Below, one piece after another: positions 19,294 to 29,662 of a stretch of 64,000 nt of DNA (the first letter of the stretch is position 1; each line of letters opens with the position of its first letter). A program made the position numbers and the translations under genes. The stretch lies in the NCBI GenBank assembly GCA_041640715.1, contig JBEPZU010000003.1, positions 12,826-76,825 on the forward strand. The letters are read 5' to 3'. The notes beneath the pieces are model-generated. The model ran no database searches and was not told the origin of the DNA. It saw only the letters and a program-made list of their open reading frames with translations. This DNA is from Thermoproteota archaeon. GTDB taxonomy: Archaea > Thermoproteota > Thermoprotei > Gearchaeales > Gearchaeaceae.

Positions 19294-20727
19294 TCAAATC
19301 AATAATTCTTCATCTATTTCTCTCCAGCTTGCTATATCTCTGAACACAAGAGCACTGGGTCTTAGATATCTTTTCTTAGTTTGATAATCTACGTAAACAA
19401 GCCCGAATCTCGGTTTGAATCCTTGAGCCCATTCATAATTATCTGTCAAAGCCCAGTGTAGATAGCCTCTTACATCGATTCCTTCTTTCATAGCTTTTGT
19501 GGCTTGGAATAGATGAGAGACTAGAAATCTAGGTCTTAGGGAATCTTCTGAATCGGCGATCCCGTTTTCAGTTATTATAATAGGGAGTTTGTATTTATTC
19601 CAGGCCTCTTTTAAAGCCTTGTAAAGTCCTTCAGGATATATTTCCCAACCTAAGTCGCTGCATCTTCTACCGTCTAGAGATAATCCATTAGGTCTGCAAA
19701 AGAAACCATAATTTTCTACGAGCTTGAAGCCTATGCGACCCTCAGCAGGTCTTACCACTATTCGGCTATAATAATTTAAACCTAACCAATCTAGATGACC
19801 TTTCATATCTTCCCTTTCTCCGATCATGAAAGAATTACCTTTTGTTATTAAGTCCAAAAAATCAAGGAGTACAGCATTGGATGTTTCAGCTGCGCTTAAG
19901 TATGGTTCTTCGCTCTTTAGAGGCTCTGCAATATTGAAAACGTATGTGATGCCCACTGGCTTCTTTGATACGGCTTTAATAGCTTCATATGCTCTAGCAT
20001 GTGCTTCTGCTAAATTTTTCGTTGCAATCATGGCTAAATCTAGGCTCAAATAACCTGGAGGAAAGCCTGATTTCACATCTAAATAGCCGGATGTATAAAC
20101 TATATTAGGTTCATTCATCGTACTCCACATATCTGGGATTTCTTCGAATTTCCAAGCAACATAAGCTGTGAACTTAACGAACTCTACTACTGTTCTCTTA
20201 TCCACCCATCCTGCTTTGCCTTTAGAAGTTTTCCTGAAATTCAAAGGTTCATGTATCCAAATAGGAAGTGTGAAGTGATTCAGATTTATTATTAATTTCT
20301 TACCTCTACTCTTCCAGTCTTCGAATATCTCTTTGTAGTGTTCCACTGCCTGCTTATTAGCTATCTTATCCAGCTCTTCCAAAGCTTTCTCCGAGACATC
20401 TACCCTTAAGATATCTCCTTTTTCATTTTCCTCTATGTCAACTTTTACATCAAAAGTCTCCTTGGGAAATACTCTGCTCCATTCGATTCCAAGTCTAGCA
20501 GCATTCATTGAGAGTTTATCCGCTATCTCGTGATCTTTTTTATATAAATCCCAATATGCAGGTCCTGCTTCAGGCAAATCTCCGCTTACTATTCTAGAAA
20601 TAATGTTCTCTTCATCACGGACCCAAGACCACCAATCAGAATTCGGATCTTCAGAGCCTTTCATTCCCATTTCGAACTGAAATCCAGATTCTGAGAATCC
20701 TAATAAGAAATCCTTAGGAATTTTCAC
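19294..20727 (-). CDS. GH1 beta-glycosidase.
   Basis: 477 aa. The acid/base motif is TMNEPN and the nucleophile motif is ITENG. Confidence 0.9.
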   Translation of the reverse strand: MKIPKDFLLGFSESGFQFEMGMKGSEDPNSDWWSWVRDEENIISRIVSGDLPEAGPAYWDLYKKDHEIADKLSMNAARLGIEWSRVFPKETFDVKVDIEENEKGDILRVDVSEKALEELDKIANKQAVEHYKEIFEDWKSRGKKLIINLNHFTLPIWIHEPLNFRKTSKGKAGWVDKRTVVEFVKFTAYVAWKFEEIPDMWSTMNEPNIVYTSGYLDVKSGFPPGYLSLDLAMIATKNLAEAHARAYEAIKAVSKKPVGITYVFNIAEPLKSEEPYLSAAETSNAVLLDFLDLITKGNSFMIGEREDMKGHLDWLGLNYYSRIVVRPAEGRIGFKLVENYGFFCRPNGLSLDGRRCSDLGWEIYPEGLYKALKEAWNKYKLPIIITENGIADSEDSLRPRFLVSHLFQATKAMKEGIDVRGYLHWALTDNYEWAQGFKPRFGLVYVDYQTKKRYLRPSALVFRDIASWREIDEELLI

Positions 20728-20751
20728 ATTATAATATTCATGACTGAGTAT

Positions 20752-22143
20752 TTAAGAAAACGTCAAGCCGGCTCTTTCTTTCAGCTTTTCTCTAAGTTTC
20801 TTCATATCTTTATGGTAAAATCTTAGAAGGGGTAACCAGAGCAACGCGCAGGGTATCCAAAATAATATGGTTACCAACAAACCGTAATACATCGCTTCAG
20901 ATTCACTTAGGTTGAATGAAGAATATATCGCCATGAAAGAAGCTGAGACCAAGGGGGCAAAGGCAGCACCTATGTTGTCTGTTATGCTGAATATTGAATA
21001 CAAAGAGCCTCTGTGCTCAGGTAAACTCACATCACTTAGCACTGTTGGAACGTTTGGACCTGAAAAGGAGGCAAAAACCAAGCCGATAAAAACTATCGTC
21101 AACAGAGGGATCAAGTCCAGGAAATCATTTGAGCCTTTAGGATAAGGGTAGGAAATCATGATCAAAAATATTGCAGTGCCCAACGATATTCCGCTAATAG
21201 GGACGAAAATCCTAGCATTGCGCTTACCTTTAGCTATGAAAAGATCTGAAAAAGCACCTCCTAAGAAATTCCCCAATATCATTCCTATTCCTCCAGCCAA
21301 GAGGACTATCGTAGCTAATTCCCTTTCTATCCCCCATCTGATGTTCATATACGTTATAGACCAATAAGGTATGCTTCCCCAAGGTACTGTTCCCGGTATT
21401 CCTTGAAGAAGTATGAAGAGAATCGTCTTTGTATCCTTTAAACTAGAGACGAATTCTCTTACGTTTATTTTATATCCGTATATTTTCCCTTCATCATATA
21501 GTTTCTTTATCTCAGGCTCTGAATAGCCAACTCTTATTTCCTTAATTAAGAAGAGAAAAAGAGGAACTAAAAGGAAATTCGGCAATGCTGCGATAATGAA
21601 AGATATTCTCCAATCAGGTAAAAGACCAGCCATTACCATCCCTGCGAGCGACCCTCCTCCTGTTGCAGCAGTTATGAATGCAAAGCCTCTACCTCTTTTC
21701 TCAGCAGGATAAATGTCTGCCACTAATGCTTTTGCTATAGGAAAAGATCCGCTCAATCCTATGCCTGTAAATGATCTATAAAATAGAAGTTCCCAATAAC
21801 TTCTGCTAAAGGCTGTTAGAAATGTGGGAATTTCTCCTACCAAAACTGCTATTGCTAGCAATTTCTTCCTACTAATTTTATCTGCGACATAACCCCAAAT
21901 GAAAGCTGTTGATATTCCTGAGACTGTAGTAACTGTACCTAATAGAGCAGCATAGAAGAACCAAGTCCTTTCATCCCCCAATATTAGTCCTTCATTACGC
22001 AAAGTTATAATCAATGGAACCACGAGATTTTGATCAACATAAAGAACAGTTATTATAGAGAACAATAAAAACGCAGCTAGTCTAAATGAATTTCCCATAA
22101 GACTTGTTATATTAAACGCAATTTTATTTAAACAATAGAGCAA
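20752..22143 (-). CDS. MFS transporter, likely a sugar importer co-transcribed with the GH1 gene.
   Basis: 463 aa with ~12 TM segments and an MFS-like two-repeat organisation. It lies immediately upstream of GH1 on the same strand. Confidence 0.75.
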   Translation of the reverse strand: MLYCLNKIAFNITSLMGNSFRLAAFLLFSIITVLYVDQNLVVPLIITLRNEGLILGDERTWFFYAALLGTVTTVSGISTAFIWGYVADKISRKKLLAIAVLVGEIPTFLTAFSRSYWELLFYRSFTGIGLSGSFPIAKALVADIYPAEKRGRGFAFITAATGGGSLAGMVMAGLLPDWRISFIIAALPNFLLVPLFLFLIKEIRVGYSEPEIKKLYDEGKIYGYKINVREFVSSLKDTKTILFILLQGIPGTVPWGSIPYWSITYMNIRWGIERELATIVLLAGGIGMILGNFLGGAFSDLFIAKGKRNARIFVPISGISLGTAIFLIMISYPYPKGSNDFLDLIPLLTIVFIGLVFASFSGPNVPTVLSDVSLPEHRGSLYSIFSITDNIGAAFAPLVSASFMAIYSSFNLSESEAMYYGLLVTILFWIPCALLWLPLLRFYHKDMKKLREKLKERAGLTFS

Positions 22144-22282
22144 AACCAGTTGGATTAGGAAAGATGGTTAGCAATAAAATATGTTAATTTCTTTAGAATT
22201 TCTAATAAAAAGTTTAAGTTATGCTAATTTAAATTAAACTGTTATACAGGATAGATTTAAGTTTCAAAGAGGATTTCTTCTT

Positions 22283-23497
22283 GTGATAGAAGAGATAAGG
22301 GCGAAGCTTAGCAGTTCTCTGCTCAATAGAACGATTATTCATTGTGTGACTTCCAGCTTCGCTATCTATAAAGCAATAGACATAGCAAGGTTCTTGATAA
22401 AGCATGGAGCTAACGTAATACCTGTCTTAAGTGAAAAAGCATCAAAATTGATAAATCCTATCTTGTTTGAATATGCTACTGGAAATAGACCTGTTCATAA
22501 AATAACAGGGAAAGTAGAACACGTTAGTCTATTCAAAGAAAACAAGGTAGACCTCGTATTGATAGCTCCTGCCACTGCAAATACAATAGCCAAGATAGCC
22601 AATGGCATCTCTGATAGCACAGTTACTTTAGTAGCATCTGTTGCGATAGGGCTAGGAATACCTATGCTTATAGTTCCCGCTATGCATGAACCTATGTATG
22701 AAAATCCGCTTATTAAATCAAGTATAGAGAGATTGGAAAAGTTAAGGATTAGCTTCGTAGAACCTAGGATTGAGGAAGGAAAGGCCAAGATAGCTACGGA
22801 AGAAGAGATATTCCTAGCAGTGATGAGATTGCTTCAAGAAAAACCTTTAATAGGTAAGAAGGTCCTCGTAACAGCAGGTTCAACAAGAGAATACATAGAT
22901 TCTGTTAGATTCATAACAAACGCGAGCTCAGGTAAAATGGGCTTAGCTATGGCTAAGGCAGCTTGGTATCTAGGCGCAGATGTTCTCTTTGTCCATGGAG
23001 ACGTGAAGATCGAAATACCTAGATTCATGAAATCAATCCATGTAGAGGACTCTGAAGAAATGCTCTCGGTCATTTCAGATATATTAGCTAAGAACAGAAT
23101 AGATTATTTTGTAGCATCAGCAGCTGTTGTGGATTTCAAACCAATTGCCAAAGTTGAAGGTAAAATAGATAGTAAGATAGAGAAACTTCAGTTAGAACTG
23201 ATACCTACTAAGAAAATAATAAAAGAAGTAAAGAAGATTTCTAAGGAAACAGTCCTCATAGCTTTCAAAGCTGAGTACGGGATGAATAAAAATCTCGAAG
23301 AATTGATAAAGGATTATGAATTTTGCGATTATATCGTGGTCAACGATATATCTAGAAAAGACATAGGATTTGGTAGTGATTTCAATGAGGTAATGTTTGT
23401 GGATGTTTCTAAAAGAAAGGTCAAAGAAATAAGTAAAACATCTAAAGATACGCTCGCTGGGCTCATATGGAAAGAAATACTATATGAAAGAACATAA
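22283..23497 (+). CDS. coaBC: Bifunctional phosphopantothenoylcysteine decarboxylase / phosphopantothenate-cysteine ligase.
   Basis: 404 aa. The N-terminal half is a flavoprotein and the C-terminal half is CoaB, with VLVTAGSTREYIDSVRFITNASSGKMG. Confidence 0.9.
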   Translation: MIEEIRAKLSSSLLNRTIIHCVTSSFAIYKAIDIARFLIKHGANVIPVLSEKASKLINPILFEYATGNRPVHKITGKVEHVSLFKENKVDLVLIAPATANTIAKIANGISDSTVTLVASVAIGLGIPMLIVPAMHEPMYENPLIKSSIERLEKLRISFVEPRIEEGKAKIATEEEIFLAVMRLLQEKPLIGKKVLVTAGSTREYIDSVRFITNASSGKMGLAMAKAAWYLGADVLFVHGDVKIEIPRFMKSIHVEDSEEMLSVISDILAKNRIDYFVASAAVVDFKPIAKVEGKIDSKIEKLQLELIPTKKIIKEVKKISKETVLIAFKAEYGMNKNLEELIKDYEFCDYIVVNDISRKDIGFGSDFNEVMFVDVSKRKVKEISKTSKDTLAGLIWKEILYERT

Positions 23498-24077
23498 ATC
23501 TGAAGAACTGTTGGAAAGACTAGCGCCCTTCTATGAAAGTTTATGGGCTCCTTTGGGAATGCTCATAACTGCTAGGAGGACTTACAGCTCTATAATGCAA
23601 GAAGCCGCTGATTTCTTGGATTGTGAAAGAATCTTAGACGTAGGAGCTGGGACTGGAAAGCTTCATGATTTCTTGCATTGTGAAGATTACGTAGCCTTAG
23701 ATATTTCCGAGAGATTTCTCAAAATTTTGAATAGAAAAAGGAAGAAGTCCTCTGCTATAAGGGCTACTGCTTTAAGATTGCCTTTTAGAAGAGAATCTTT
23801 TGAAGGAGTAGCAATGCTCTTCGTCCTTCACATGATAGAAGATAAGGATGAAGCTTTGAAGGAAATCAATCGCGTTCTTAAGAAAGGGGGTAAATTCATA
23901 TGTTCTGTTTTAACTCTCAATAGCAGAATTAGCATTTTACTATCTAAATGGTGGTCTATAGACCTTTTAACTAAAAAGGAATACGTGAATTTATTTTCAA
24001 GAAACGGCTTTAATGTTTATTCTCATAACGAGATAGGAGCATGGACAATTTTCAAATGTGTTAAAGATATTATTTAG
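23484..24077 (+). CDS. Class I SAM-dependent methyltransferase.
   Basis: 197 aa. ILDVGAGTGKL is motif I and VLKKGGKFI is the motif post-I/II pattern. Confidence 0.75.
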   Translation: MKEHKSEELLERLAPFYESLWAPLGMLITARRTYSSIMQEAADFLDCERILDVGAGTGKLHDFLHCEDYVALDISERFLKILNRKRKKSSAIRATALRLPFRRESFEGVAMLFVLHMIEDKDEALKEINRVLKKGGKFICSVLTLNSRISILLSKWWSIDLLTKKEYVNLFSRNGFNVYSHNEIGAWTIFKCVKDII

Positions 24078-24095
24078 CTCGTTTATTTTTGAATA

Positions 24096-24743
24096 GTGCG
24101 TATACTTAAGTTTACTAGCGAGCCTTTACATTCTTGGATTAGAGAGTTATTTAGGAAGCATAAGGAAACTTTAGAGGAGTTTTGTCTGTTTAATTGTAAA
24201 TTTTTACCCGAAAAAGAACTTGTGCAAATGCATTTTATTTTGGAAGCAAAGGGCGGAATAAAAGAAATATCGGAAACAATAAACAATTCAGAAGATGTTG
24301 TTCATTACGAACCTTTTGTAATCCGTCCTAATTTGCTAATAGGTTCTGTGTTGGTATCAAGATGCACACTCTGTGCTACTTTAGCTAAATCAGAATGTTC
24401 CTTCAGAAAAATGGTGAATAGAAAGGATGGAGTTTTAGAATGGGAATTAATAGGTTCGCCTAAACAAGTCTCAAGTTTATTGAAAGAAATCGAAGAGAAA
24501 GCAATCAAGATAGACATCAAATATATTGGAAGTATTGGAGGTAAGAAATCCAACCTTACCGAAAATCAAGAGAAGCTCCTCAAAATGGCTTATGAGCTAG
24601 GATATTTCGATTATCCTAGAAGGATTTCTTTAGAGGAGTTAGCTGATAAATTAAATCTAAATCCTTCTACATTAAGTGAAAAAATGAGGAGGGCGATTAG
24701 AAACTTGATTAAAGATCATATAGAAAAAAAGGATTTCGAATAA
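24096..24743 (+). CDS. HTH_10 (Bat-type) archaeal transcription regulator.
   Basis: 215 aa. The C-terminal LTENQEKLLKMAYELGYFDYPRRISLEELADKLNLNPSTLSEKMRRAIRNLI is a textbook HTH_10 domain. It is convergent with oxidase operon 2. Confidence 0.6.
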   Translation: MRILKFTSEPLHSWIRELFRKHKETLEEFCLFNCKFLPEKELVQMHFILEAKGGIKEISETINNSEDVVHYEPFVIRPNLLIGSVLVSRCTLCATLAKSECSFRKMVNRKDGVLEWELIGSPKQVSSLLKEIEEKAIKIDIKYIGSIGGKKSNLTENQEKLLKMAYELGYFDYPRRISLEELADKLNLNPSTLSEKMRRAIRNLIKDHIEKKDFE

Positions 24744-24747
24744 GGTT

Positions 24748-26400
24748 TTAGTAGAATATGGGCATTCCCGCTAATCTTGCAAAAGAGTAGAAGTAAAGCA
24801 ATAGCAGTATTAATCCGACTATTATACAGAGCGCTAAACTACCTGTTTTACTAGCCTTTGAGGTTTTTATCTCAAAACTCGTCATTAATCCTTCAAAGAC
24901 ATTTTCTTTCTGAGGTTTTGATAAAAAGATTGTGGCTACTATGTTGAAAACAAAGAGTATTCCTCCTATTATTGCGATCAGAGCTCCTACTATTATTAAA
25001 GGAGATACCCAAGTCCATTGAGGTAAGGTCATTTCAGGATAGAAGAAAGTCCTTCGCGGACTCCCATTAAATCCAGCTACAGACATGGTTGTCGCTAATA
25101 TGAGTATACCGAAGAAAAATACGTAAGGCTGTATCTTTGCTATTTTTACACTGTAGATTTTCTTCGAAGTTAAGGCAGGTATAGCATAATAGAACAATAC
25201 CATGAAGGCCATGGTTGTTGCACCTGCCACTAGTGTATGGAAGTGTCCAGGAACCCATAAAGTATTATGGTAATTTACGTTTGGCTGTAAAGTAGTTTGC
25301 GGTTGAGCAATAATTCCTCCAAAGCCTATAAGGATTAGGCTAAGAACAGTTGTGGATATCGCAGGATTGCTCCAAGGAATTTTTCTTATCCATCCAAATA
25401 GGCTGGTATGGCCTGAAGCTCTTATTACGCTCTCTATAGCTCCTGCTAGTGCTAGCCCGTGTAGTAATGTAGGTACTGATAGGAAATGAGAACCTACACT
25501 TCCACTTGCCTGCTTGAGCGCATAGGACCATCCTGGATCTACTAAAATATGATGACCTATACCAGGTACTACAAATATAGGATATAAGACAAATGCTATT
25601 CTTGCATATCTTTCATTAATGAATCTTATCGCTGCAAGACCTGTTCCTAGAACTACTAGAGCGTATAATACAGCTATCGTAGCTGATATATTAAGGTATT
25701 GTGCATCATGACCCAATCCCCAGAAATACCATCTGTACACCATTACATTCATAGGCATCAATCCTACTCTCCATAGAAGTGTGTAGAGCATTGATATTGC
25801 ACCTTGAATCACTACTGTCAAAGCTATGATCGCAGCTATGCCAGCACCCCATGTCACTAAAGGCAAAGAACCTGTATATGCTCCTTTAATTTTTGCATTG
25901 TAAATCGTCAAGAAGAATATTATTACAGCTATTCCTGCACCTAAAGCAAATAGCAAGTATCCTACATAAAAGAGAGGATGTGCAGCCAATGGAGGATATG
26001 CAGTAAATAATACGCTTGCGTTGCCTGAAGCTACTAGTATTTCTATCATTATTTGACCTATGAGCATAAAGGCAAATGCCATCCAAGCCAAACGAATTGA
26101 GTAGAGTTCTGAGTTCAACAAAACGGCCCCTGCGAAATACACTATAGTGATTTCAGCCCATATTATCCAGAATATCAGCATGTTAATTCCGTGTAACGTT
26201 AACCAAATATAGTAATTCTCGTGGGTTATCCCTAGTACATTTATCAAAGAAGAGACCGTAGATCTCCCTCCAGCTACGAATAAAGCAGCTATTCCTCCTA
26301 TGATTATTGATAGTAATGCCATTACTAAGTTAGCTGTTATTAGTAGTCTAGTCTTATCGTATATCTTAAGATCTGCCAAAGGAGATATTCTATAGCTCAT
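24748..26400 (-). CDS. Haem-copper oxidase subunit I, second copy.
   Basis: ~550 aa with VPGHFHTLVAG and other His ligands. The listed ORF extends to 26448, but the probable start is MSYRISPL at 26400, giving an ATGA overlap with the subunit II stop. Confidence 0.9.
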   Translation of the reverse strand: MSYRISPLADLKIYDKTRLLITANLVMALLSIIIGGIAALFVAGGRSTVSSLINVLGITHENYYIWLTLHGINMLIFWIIWAEITIVYFAGAVLLNSELYSIRLAWMAFAFMLIGQIMIEILVASGNASVLFTAYPPLAAHPLFYVGYLLFALGAGIAVIIFFLTIYNAKIKGAYTGSLPLVTWGAGIAAIIALTVVIQGAISMLYTLLWRVGLMPMNVMVYRWYFWGLGHDAQYLNISATIAVLYALVVLGTGLAAIRFINERYARIAFVLYPIFVVPGIGHHILVDPGWSYALKQASGSVGSHFLSVPTLLHGLALAGAIESVIRASGHTSLFGWIRKIPWSNPAISTTVLSLILIGFGGIIAQPQTTLQPNVNYHNTLWVPGHFHTLVAGATTMAFMVLFYYAIPALTSKKIYSVKIAKIQPYVFFFGILILATTMSVAGFNGSPRRTFFYPEMTLPQWTWVSPLIIVGALIAIIGGILFVFNIVATIFLSKPQKENVFEGLMTSFEIKTSKASKTGSLALCIIVGLILLLLYFYSFARLAGMPIFY

Positions 26401-26915
26401 GGTATCACCTCTATGATACCTCTCATTCCACCATGACCGTAGCCGCAATATTCATTGCAAATAATGTAGTAGGTACCTTCCTTGTCAAATCTTATATTAA
26501 ATTTAAAAGCCATTCCTGGCATGACCATGATATTATAAACTGCGTCTTCTCCTACCAATGAGAAACCGTGCATCACATCTGTGCTAGAAACCCAAATTTC
26601 ATATTCAACTCCTTTCTTCAGGATTATCTTAGAGGGTTCCCAATAGTATTGTTTGCCCGCTAGGTATATTGGTGTTCCTGGAGGAACAGGCTTGTCTGCA
26701 AATTCCTCCATAAAAGCTTGAACAAGCTTCTCATATTCCTCATGTTCTATAGCAATTGCTGTAGCTGGTACTGCATGTTTAGCATCTGCCAAAGGCCAAA
26801 GCAGAGTAGTTAGAGCTAGTATTATTCCGATGATGAATGAAAGTGCTATCCATAGCCTTTCCTCTTTGGTGAAAGGTTTATACCACTCCTCTATTTTCTT
26901 AGGTATTACCACCAT
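26397..26915 (-). CDS. Haem-copper oxidase subunit II (CuA), second copy.
   Basis: CuA motif H...CNEYCGYGHGGM. The true start is probably MVVIPKKIEEW at 26915. The 37-codon upstream extension in the listed ORF looks non-coding in this frame. Confidence 0.85.
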   Translation of the reverse strand: MVVIPKKIEEWYKPFTKEERLWIALSFIIGIILALTTLLWPLADAKHAVPATAIAIEHEEYEKLVQAFMEEFADKPVPPGTPIYLAGKQYYWEPSKIILKKGVEYEIWVSSTDVMHGFSLVGEDAVYNIMVMPGMAFKFNIRFDKEGTYYIICNEYCGYGHGGMRGIIEVIP

Positions 26916-26917
26916 GT

Positions 26918-27064
26918 TTATGGTGGAATAGGACCTACGGGCATACCATGCATAGAGACAACTTCGATTAACGCCCATACACCGTAGGCGAACATTATAC
27001 CAATTGCAATAGCGCCCCAGAACCATAAGTTGTCCAATAACGTTGAAGATACTTTGCTTGCCAT
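26918..27064 (-). CDS. Unlisted 48-aa single-TM small protein, subunit IIa-like, second copy.
   Basis: ATG at 27064..27062 gives MASKVSSTLLDNLWFWGAIAIGIMFAYGVWALIEVVSMHGMPVGPIPP. TAA falls 2 nt before the subunit II ATG. The region is locally GC-richer, and the arrangement matches 2858..3007. Confidence 0.5.
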   Translation of the reverse strand: MASKVSSTLLDNLWFWGAIAIGIMFAYGVWALIEVVSMHGMPVGPIPP

Positions 27065-27151
27065 ATGATTTCTATAAATTTTGGATATAGAAAAAAATAA
27101 TCCCGAATATATTTGGTATTTATTTATATACTAAAATATGAAAATATATAA

Positions 27152-28216
27152 TTAAATACTATTATTTTTCAAAATTTTATAAGATAATATGCTTAGCCTA
27201 CCAGCAAGCTTCCTGGTCACTTCGAAATAAGCTTTAGCTGCTTCACTTTCAGGTTCTGCTATCAATATAGGAATTCCTTCATCTGATAGTTTTCTTAGAG
27301 ATGGGTCTAAAGGAATGCTTCCTAGATAAGGAACGTTCAATTTATCAGCCAATTCTCTTCCTCCTCCTGAACCGAATACGTCTATTCTGTTCTTGCAATG
27401 AGGGCATATTAGATAGCTCATATTCTCAACTATGCCTAGTATATTATTATTCAGTTTTTTGAACATGGTCAAAGCCTTCATAGCTATAGAATAGGCCGCA
27501 GGCTGAGGCGTTGTTACCACTAATATGCTAGCATTAGGTAATAGTTGGGCCAAAGTCAAAGGTACATCACCTGTTCCTGGAGGTAAATCCACGATCAAAT
27601 AATCTAACTCACCCCAATCTACATCTGTAATCAATTGTCTGAGAGCTCCAGAAACTATGGGGCCTCTCCATATTAAAGGGGTATCTTCAGTTATGAAGAA
27701 CCCAATAGAAATCACCTTAACGCCATATGATATAGGCGGTAAAAGCTTTTTCCCATCCGTTCTAACAGGATCCTTTATGCCTAACATCCTAGGTACACTA
27801 GGGCCGTATATATCGCCATCTAATAGACCGACTTTGGCTCCGCTTATAGCTAATGCTACTGCTATGTTGCATGCTACAGTGGTCTTGCCAACACCTCCTT
27901 TACCGCTTGCTATAGCTATGATGTTCTTAACATTAGGTAGTATGTCTTCAGGCAATATCCTCCTCGATGGGAGTACTTTGGCTGAGGTCTTAACTTCTAC
28001 TTCCTTAACCCCCTTTATCTTCTTTAACTCATAGATTATGCTATCTTCGATTTCTTTTTTCAAAGGACATGCAGGAGTTGTAAGCTCGCACTCTACGATC
28101 ACTTTTCCGCCATCTATCTCAACCTTCTTGATCATCCCCATTTTAACGATGCTAACTCCAAGCTCAGGGTCTTTTATTCTGTCTAAGATATCCAATATCT
28201 CCTTTTCTTTAATCAT
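27152..28216 (-). CDS. Mrp/NBP35/ApbC-family Fe-S cluster carrier ATPase with an N-terminal DUF59 domain.
   Basis: 354 aa. The Walker A motif is AIASGKGGVGKTTVACNIA. An N-terminal MIP18/DUF59-like domain and a CPHC cluster-binding motif are present. Confidence 0.85.
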   Translation of the reverse strand: MIKEKEILDILDRIKDPELGVSIVKMGMIKKVEIDGGKVIVECELTTPACPLKKEIEDSIIYELKKIKGVKEVEVKTSAKVLPSRRILPEDILPNVKNIIAIASGKGGVGKTTVACNIAVALAISGAKVGLLDGDIYGPSVPRMLGIKDPVRTDGKKLLPPISYGVKVISIGFFITEDTPLIWRGPIVSGALRQLITDVDWGELDYLIVDLPPGTGDVPLTLAQLLPNASILVVTTPQPAAYSIAMKALTMFKKLNNNILGIVENMSYLICPHCKNRIDVFGSGGGRELADKLNVPYLGSIPLDPSLRKLSDEGIPILIAEPESEAAKAYFEVTRKLAGRLSILSYKILKNNSI

Positions 28217-28266
28217 TCAAAACGTAAGTAAAATACCATTTATTTAAGCATGAGAATCTTAATTTT

Positions 28267-29121
28267 ATGGATATACTTGCTATTTTATTTTTAACGCTAT
28301 TCCTATCTTCCCTAATCTTATCTATGAAGATCAATTACAATTTAGAAAAAGCCTTGACTTCAATAGTGATCCTTTTAATACTCACCATCTCTTCATGGGC
28401 TTCAGCTAGTCTAAAAGGAAGCACTTACATATTTTCAGTGTTTTTCATCGCTTTCGCTTATGGTTTCTTCGTAGTCTTATTCAGCTATCTAATAGGCTTA
28501 GTTTTAGGAGGTTACAAAGATAACTCTAAACTGGTCAATAGCAAACCTAACTTGAGCTTCATATTAGCGATAGCCATTGGCTGGGTTGTGGGATATTTCT
28601 TACCAGAACATCTGCCTTTCAAAGAAGCGATATTCTATGAGCTTCTCATCCTAGCAGTTTTTGCTGGTCTTGCAACTGGCAGGTATTTTTCAACGTATTT
28701 GCTCAAGAAGAATATCAGGACTTTAATTCTTAGCATAACTAGCGCTTTTATAGGAGGTTTCATCGCTGGTTATGTATTAGCTCTCGTGTTCAACATGGAC
28801 ATAAAGACTTCTATGGCTATTTCCTTGGGAATGGGCTGGTATACTTATGCAGGACCTTTGATAGCTAGCTATGAAGGGGTCTTGATAGGAAATATAGCCT
28901 TTTTAGCTAATTTCATAAGGGAACAGTTAACTTTCATCCTCGTACCATTTCTTAGAGGCAATCCGCATTCTTTGCTCTGTATTGGTGGTGCTACTACCAT
29001 GGATGATACACTCCCAATTTACATAGCGAAGCTAGGTAAAGAATATTCGATATTAGCTATTTCCAACGGCTTCCTTTTGACTTTGTTAGTACCTATTGTC
29101 TTACCTTTAATTTTGATTTAA
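28267..29121 (+). CDS. Polytopic membrane protein, possibly LysO/DUF340-type (lysine exporter-like).
   Basis: 284 aa with ~8 TM segments. GGATTMDDTLP resembles the DUF340 GGA-T/S-MDTTLP signature. Family assignment is tentative. Confidence 0.45.
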   Translation: MDILAILFLTLFLSSLILSMKINYNLEKALTSIVILLILTISSWASASLKGSTYIFSVFFIAFAYGFFVVLFSYLIGLVLGGYKDNSKLVNSKPNLSFILAIAIGWVVGYFLPEHLPFKEAIFYELLILAVFAGLATGRYFSTYLLKKNIRTLILSITSAFIGGFIAGYVLALVFNMDIKTSMAISLGMGWYTYAGPLIASYEGVLIGNIAFLANFIREQLTFILVPFLRGNPHSLLCIGGATTMDDTLPIYIAKLGKEYSILAISNGFLLTLLVPIVLPLILI

Positions 29122-29662
29122 AAGACCATAACACCTTCAAGATACAAAGTTAAAGAGAATCTCTCAAGGCCTGAGAACAATAATAAATAAGCTTGTAACA
29201 TGGCTGAGATCTTCTTGTGTGCGCCAAAAACCGAATTACACGAGAAGGTATAGTGCGATGTTGATTTGAAGCATTAGTTAAGTTGTTCAAAATCACGTTT
29301 AGAACGATGCTTCCAATCCGAAAAATGAATGCTATAATGCTGAATTTCCTAATCCTAATATCTAGCTTCATCAAGAGAAAAAAGAGCTAGCGTACCGAAG
29401 ATAGTAATATGAGGTTCAAGACTAGAATAAATTCTTTGGTAAAGATCGATTCGGTTTTTAATGTGATCATCCACACATCGAGGTTGGCAATAAAAGATGT
29501 CATTAAAACATAGAGAGCTAAGGTATTGTTCGAAGTCTCAGATATCCTTACTTAGAAAAAAACTCTGATTGGTGTTGTTATTAAAGAGTAAGCCACAAAC
29601 CGTGGTCAAAATAAACAAAACCATAACTTTAAATGTTATTTTAGAATCTATATTAACACGAT

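Noticed and set aside
26916-27026. 37-codon upstream extension of oxidase subunit II (MVLGRYCNWYNVRLRCMGVNRS...).
   Set aside because: Not protein-like. The same DNA in another frame encodes the clean single-TM 48-aa small ORF, and subunit II has a proper ATG at 26915.
29150-29374. 74-aa ORF on the - strand inside the long intergenic gap.
   Set aside because: Low-complexity and AT-driven, with no motif and no plausible start context. It is treated as non-coding, and the interval is reported as a gap instead.
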